The position numbers and the translations under genes were made by a program. This document shows, in pieces, positions 57,830-64,000 of a stretch of DNA of 64,000 nt; within the stretch, counting starts at the first letter, position 1, and every line of letters begins with the position of its first letter. Source of the stretch: the human T2T-CHM13v2.0 reference genome, Homo sapiens. Location: assembly GCF_009914755.1 (NCBI RefSeq), contig NC_060947.1. One strand, given 5' to 3'. A model generated the notes under the pieces. The model was not told the DNA's origin, did no database searches, and worked only from the letters and a program-made list of their open reading frames with translations.

Positions 57830-59564
57830 GGGAAGTCTGATTCACTATGTTTAATTTAAACATTATCACAGAAAGAAGAAACAAGTAATAATGTTGAGTG
57901 ACACTAAAAACCTATTTGATAAAATTCCAAATCAATTCTTAGTTAAAAGCAGTTAAATTTTTCACAGATTAGACGGGATCATTCTTGACATAAAAAAACA
58001 TATATTCTAAACATAAAATAAACAATAACTTATATAAGAAGGACTACAACCACTCCCATTAAGTAAGAGAAGAGAAAAGATAATGGGATATGATGGCATT
58101 TTGGTTATTAGATATTAATATGTAATATGTTGGAGATTCTTGCCAACATATTAAGATTAAATAAATAAATAAGAAGTATAACTATCAATTATCATTAGTT
58201 GCAGATAATGTGACTGCATACCAGGAAAACACACGTAGAAATAAAAGAGCCATTACATTTAATTTGTTGAAGTACTGTGTATAAATTAAATATGAAAGGT
58301 CAACAGCTTTCCCATGTATCAGAAATAAAAGTTATAAAATATAACAAATAAAAATAATCTCCTTCACTTTAAATACACACACATACACACACAGAGGACA
58401 GTTCTGAGATATTAACCTATAATGTGCTAGACTCATAACAAAGACCCAACAATATTACTAATGGATGTACAAATTTGAAATAATTAAGTATATTTGAAAC
58501 TATAAATGACAAGTGTCAGGAAATGTTTTTAAGAATAATACAAATTAGTGACAGGCATTCAAAACATACCATAAAAGGGAAGGAAACACTTAAAATCATG
58601 TTGTTGCAAGAACGAAATTCTGGAGTGGACTAGAAAGGCCCCAAACAGAATCGAATACATGAAAGTTTGTAATATATGCTAAAAGTAGCTTAAAATCAGT
58701 GGGGAAAGGGAGGATCATTTAGTATGTGGTGCTGTAAAAACTAATTAAATACTTGACAAAAAGTAAAACCCTTCCTAATATGACATATCCAGACAAGTTC
58801 CATGTAGAATAAAAAGACAAAAATTTAAAGATGAAAATTGTTAAGAACAAGAAAATATTGGTGAATATTTTTATATAAAGAAGAGGGCAATGGACTTTCT
58901 AAGCATGGCTTTAAACGCAAAAACAATGAAAGAAAATGACTGATGGATTACAGTATATGAACATGCTAAGCAGCTTTGTGATGTGTGTCCAAAAAGAAAA
59001 TCAGCAAGGCTCAAATGCAAATAACTAATGTTATGTATTGTACATGCAAAAAACTATTATATTATTATAAATCCAAGAGATAAAAATTAAGTCAATGGAA
59101 AAATGCCCAAAAGGCATGTATGGAAAATTTGCAAAAACAGAAAAAGAAAAAAATACAGATGACCAAAAAATGGCATAAACTTGCTTGATTTCATTGTTAA
59201 TCAAATACAAATTAAAACAGACTGAATAATTGCCTTTCACCATTTTATTGGTGGAAGGATGAGGAAGTAAGTGATCTGATACACTGCTGATTCCAGTATA
59301 AATTGGTATGAACTTGCTGTGGAGCAGTTTGGCCATATGCATAAAAATTATATATGGTCATTGACTGAACAATTCTATAACTAGAAATTTACCATATATA
59401 GATAATTCCATTAAAAAAGACAACTTTACCAATGTGCAAAGATTCATGTGCAAGGATATTCAAATACAGTATTGCTTTTAGTAGAAAATATCTAAACATT
59501 CTATATCAGTGTAGTTCCAATCAAGTAAAAAATACAACATAAATCCGATGTAGCTGTTAAAATT

Positions 59565-59565
<1 letters not shown>
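57830..59565 (+). mobile_element. Highly diverged L1 ORF2/3' remnants
   Basis: 'tttgataaaattccaa', 'ttgcagataatgtgactgcatacc', 'aaatcagtggggaaagg'. Confidence 0.7.
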
Positions 59566-59568
<3 letters not shown>

Positions 59569-59601
<33 letters not shown>

Positions 59602-59632
59602 GAGAGAGAGAGAGACAGAGACAGAGAGAGAG
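59569..59632. repeat. (CA)n(GA)n compound microsatellite
   Basis: Read directly from the sequence. Confidence 0.95.
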
Positions 59633-60558
59633 AAATAACTCTTCAACCTATCGTTTTGTTTTTAAACCAACTTTAAGGAAGTAAAAATTACATAAAAAAA
59701 ATTCACCCATTTTAAGTGAACATTTTGATGATTTTAACAAATTAATTGACATATATAACTGGTATTTTTCTAAACTTCCTAGATGTTCCATTGTCTGTCC
59801 TTACACTAATACCTTACTCTCCTGATTACTGTAGCTGTAGAGTAAATTTTGAATCAGGTAGTATAACTACTCTAGCTTTGTTCTTTTTATTTTTTTTTGG
59901 CTATTCTATATTCTTTACATTTCACATAAATATTAGAATCATTTTGCTAATTTTTACCAAAAAGACTGCCAAGATTTTGATTGGGATTGCATTAAATCTC
60001 TAATTGGTATATTAGAATGAAACAATGGTACCAAAACCAGGCAGAGTTATAAGATAAATATCACAACCAAACCAATATCAACTCTCCAAATACATCTTCC
60101 TGCCAAGATACCAACCCCAAGATCCAGCTCTGGCTGAGGGAGTGGAGGATGTCTCTGGTGTCTAAAAGCTTCTAGTAAAATACTTTATCTCCTGGTTCAT
60201 GATAAATTCCTTTCTGTTCCATGGCAAATTCCTTTCTGTCCCATGGCACTTTCTCCTTTCTCCTCACCAACAATCAAAGTCCCCAAAGGGGATCCAGACA
60301 TCCAGTTTATCTATACTCCTGCCAAGGACAATGACTATGGTTACAGCCAGAGGGCTTCTTACTATAGAAATTTAGTCATCATGGTTGAGTTTGTCCATTC
60401 CTTGGCATTTGCTGTTGCTGGACCCTTCTTTCATCAATGCCAGGACCACTGTTCCCAGAGGATTTCCACACCAACCAAGGAATTCAGGTTTCCTGATTTT
60501 CAAGGCTCTACTGTCATCAAATCCCCAGCTCAAAACTGGGCTACCAGAATTGGGTTGG

Positions 60559-60920
60559 TGTCTTCCATTTAGGCTGCTATAAAAAAAACCCATAAACTGA
60601 GTAGCTGATAAACAATAGAAGAAATGTATTCCTCACATCTCTGGAGGCTGGGGATTCCAATATCAATGCACCAGCAGATTTGGTGTCTGGTGAGGGCATG
60701 ATTTCTGGTTCATAGACGGGCACCTTCTAGCTGTGTCCTCACATGGTGGAAGGGAGAAACTCTGGTCTCTTCAGCCTCTTATAAGGGCACTAATCATATT
60801 CGTGAAGGCTCCACTCTCATCACCTAATTCCCTTTCAAAGGACCTATCTTTTAATACCATCACACTGAGGATAAGGTTTCAACATATGAATCTAGGAGAG
60901 ACACAAACATTCAAACTGTA
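60559..60920 (-). mobile_element. MaLR LTR (MLT1A/MSTD-like)
   Basis: 'ggctgctata...cagcagatttggtgtctggtgagggc...tttcaacatatgaat...cacaaacattca'. Confidence 0.85.
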
Positions 60921-61074
60921 GAAATTAGTTTCTATAAAGACACCAGAGTGCCAAAGGTCTTTACAATCACCACTCATGGAGCACAGATTGCCTTTGCCAG
61001 GGATATGTAGGCATGCTATACTAACCATAGGGCCATTATTTTGTCGTCTACTACTTGTCTTAAAAGAACAATTA

Positions 61075-62630
61075 ATAAAAGACCACACAGGCAAATTAGA
61101 TTTTCTCAAAGTTTAAAACATCTATGCATCAAAGGACATTATCAAGAAAGTGAAGAGACAGCTTATATATTGCAGAAAATGTTTGTAAATCGTATGTGAT
61201 AAGAATTTAGTAAAAGCAATAATAAAGGCATCTCTTATCAATAAAAATACAATTAATGAATAAAAAAGGACAAAGAGATTTGAATATTTATTCAAAGAAA
61301 ATATAGAACTGTCAATAAACACTTGAAAAAATGCTCAATATCAATGGCATTATAGAAATGCACATGAAAACCATAATGAGATGCTGCTTTTTACTCACCA
61401 GCATGGCAATAATGTAAAAGATGGATAATAACAAGTGTTGACAAGGATATGGAGAGAATTGAATCCTCCTACATTTTTTGTGGGAACATAAAATGCTGCA
61501 ATTGCTTTGGAAAACTGTCTGGCTTTCTCTGAAAACATTAAAAAAAGAGTTTGCATATAACCCAGCAATTCCACTCCTAGGTACATACCCAAAAGAAATA
61601 AAAATATATGTCCACACAAAAATTTGTACATGAATATTCATGGAAGCATTATTTCACAATAGCCTAAAAAGTGGCAACAACTCACATGTCTGTCAACTGA
61701 TGAGTAGATAAACAAAAATGTGATATATCATCTTACTATGTAACATTATTTGCCAATAAAATGCAATGGAGTACTGACACATGCTACATTATGGATAAAT
61801 TTTCAAATCTTATGCTATGTAAAAGAAACCAGAAAAGCCTCCTATTATATGATTCCATCTTCATGAAATATTTCAGAATAGGCAAATCCCTAGACAGAAA
61901 TTTGATTAGTGGTTGCCAGAAGCAGGAGGCAAGGGGGAACAGGGAGAGACTGCCGATGGATAAGCAGTTTCTTTTTGAAGTAATGGAAACGTTCTGAAAT
62001 TTGATAGTGGTATGGTTGTAACATTTTGTGAGTTTACTATAAACCATGGAATTTGAAAGTATGTGAATTATATCCATCAACAGATGAATAAGTTAACAAA
62101 ATGTGTATATACATACAATGGAATATTATTCAGCCATAAAAAGGAATCGAGTAGTTGCACATGCTGCAATTTGGATCAACCTTGAAAACATTATGCTAAA
62201 TGAAAAGGCCATATACGGTGTGATTCTACTTATATACTGATGGTTCCAGAACATTGTGAGTGTAATTAATGCCACTGAATTGTACACTTAAAAGTGACGA
62301 AAGTGGCAAATCTTATGTTATATATTTTTACAACGATAAAAAAGTAGTAAAAAAATGCTATTAGATCAAAAAGAAGAAGATAGTGATAACACCAAATGCT
62401 ACTGAGGACATAGTGAAACTGGATCATTTCTACTTTGCTTTTAGAAATGTAAAATGATACAGCCAGTCTGGAAAATGGTTTGACAATTTATTTGAAAACT
62501 AAAAATGGCCTTGCCAATTTGAGCCAGCAATTTCACTCTTAGACACTTACCCAAGATAAGTGAAATTTTATCTTTACAGAAAAAACTGTACATGCATGAT
62601 CTTAGCAGCTCTTAATAACCTGAAACTAGA
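61075..62630 (+). mobile_element. L1M 3' region fragments
   Basis: 'cccagcaattccactcctaggtacatacccaaaagaaa' and similar L1 3' motifs. Confidence 0.82.
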
Positions 62631-62637
62631 AACAGGC

Positions 62638-63900
62638 TATATTTGTTTCCTATTACTCTTGTAAAAGACGGAAAAGAAAAAGAAATTGTACTAGATTCTT
62701 GCCAAAAACAGCAAGAAAAACTTTATTCAAGGCTACTGTAGTAGGGGTTGAGGGAGTACAGGGAATTTTACCCCAAAATATGTCTCCCTGCTTTAATAAG
62801 TATTTTGAATTAAAGGCTCTTAGAAATCAACAGGCATTGGAAGAGAATTTTCACCCATCTACATAAAGACCAGAGAAACCCACCAAGAAGAACAATTGAT
62901 TTTTTCTTCTCTTCCCTGTTATCCCATTTATTGCAGAAAAGAATACCAAAAATGTAGTCACATCTGAACAGACCTTTTCAGAAGATAATGTCCATCTCTC
63001 AGGCTCATTCAGTTTCCAAAAAGAACCATTTAAAAGTTAATCTCTATTTCCAGATCTATTCATTCTCCCTAGTAATCATTTGTTGTCCCTCAACAGAATT
63101 ACTTATATTTCCTGTCTCCTACCTCTTTTCTGAAATAATGATATGTAAGTATTTGGGCCCCATTGAGATACTGGATCATCACTCTGCGCTTCTCCCTCGT
63201 GTGCGTGTTAATAAATTTGCATGTGATTTGTCCTATTAATCTAACTTTATGAGTTGATTTTTCAGTGAACCTTCCAAAGGCAAAGGGGATGTTTTCCCTT
63301 CACCCCTACAGGGTCAAAACTACTGCAATAAGGGAGAGAGACTAAACCCAACTATAAATACAGCAAGGAAAAGTAGGGACTTACACCTAACAAGCAAAGT
63401 GAGGGAATAGATGGAAAATTACTAAGAGGATCTTGGCTATATATCAGTGATTGGGGGAAGAAGAGCTTGATCATTTGTCAAGGGTAGGATATTCTTGAAA
63501 AACTTGCTTAGCAGGATTATTTGCTAAAACTGGGTTTGGTAGGCCAAGAATGGGGCCCAAGGATGAAGCCTAGTTGAAAAGAGCCTGACTGAGGTTTGGT
63601 CAAGGAGGGAGTCCTTGTCACAATTTATCACAAACTTAGTGGCTTAAAACAATATAAACTTATTATCTTACAGTTCTGAATAGCAAAAGTCTCAAAACAG
63701 GACTCACTGGGATAAAAATGAAAGTTTCACAAGGCTACATTCCTTCTAGAGGCTCTAGGGGAGCATTCATGTCCTTACTTTTTCCAGCTTCAAGAGGCTT
63801 TCTTCATTTCCTGGCTCCTGGTCTGCTTTTATCTTTGAAGCCAGCAATGGCCAGTTGTCTTTCTCGTATCACATTACTCTGACACTGACTCTTCCTCCTT
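62638..63900 (-). mobile_element. MLT1 LTR containing a MER31-like ERV1 LTR (~62668-63620)
   Basis: MLT1 'gtttcctatt..tgtaa | caatttatcacaaacttagtggcttaaaacaa' split by an LTR ending 'tttggtcaaggagggagtccttgtca'. Confidence 0.7.
62749..63310 (+). mobile_element. ERV1 solo LTR (MER34-like), nested in the LTR above
   Basis: TG...CA termini, 'accccaaaatatg', internal aataaa, perfect 4-bp TSD gggt (62745-62748, 63311-63314). Confidence 0.78.
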
Positions 63901-63902
63901 GT

Positions 63903-64000
63903 TCTAGACTGTGAGGAATAAATTACTATTGTTTATAAGCTACTCAGTTTATGGATTTTTATTATAGCAGCCCAAATGGACTAAGACACCAACCCAATTC
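63903..64000. repeat. Inverted copy of 60547-60645, running off the window edge
   Basis: Reverse complement begins gaattgggttggtgtctt, identical to 60547-60564 and including 12 nt of non-LTR flank. Confidence 0.85.

Noticed and set aside
60243-60572. 109-aa ORF in unassigned sequence
   Set aside because: No recognisable homology in the frames I translated; it starts in a 22-bp tandem duplication and ends in an LTR.

Overview
Primate, very probably human, non-coding DNA; a human-lineage AluYa5 is present. I find no supportable protein-coding exon or RNA gene, and nearly all ORFs in the track derive from Alu, L1, LTR or low-complexity sequence. The window is mostly transposon remnants: about 17 Alus, a solo LTR12C, MaLR and ERV1 LTRs, L1/L2/L3/MIR and DNA-transposon fragments. 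Family names are from memory of consensus sequences and need RepeatMasker confirmation. Structure the repeat list does not explain: (1) a ~7.9 kb mosaic AT-rich minisatellite/palindrome array that grew inside an L1MA element and contains the AluYa5; (2) five local fold-back or inverted-duplication scars, two of which are joined to a copy of sequence about 1 kb away; (3) an LTR-less ERVL pol fragment inside L1 ORF2; (4) an extended CTCF motif. I see no new gene system. The best candidate for something undescribed is the cluster of fossil hairpin plus templated-insertion scars.
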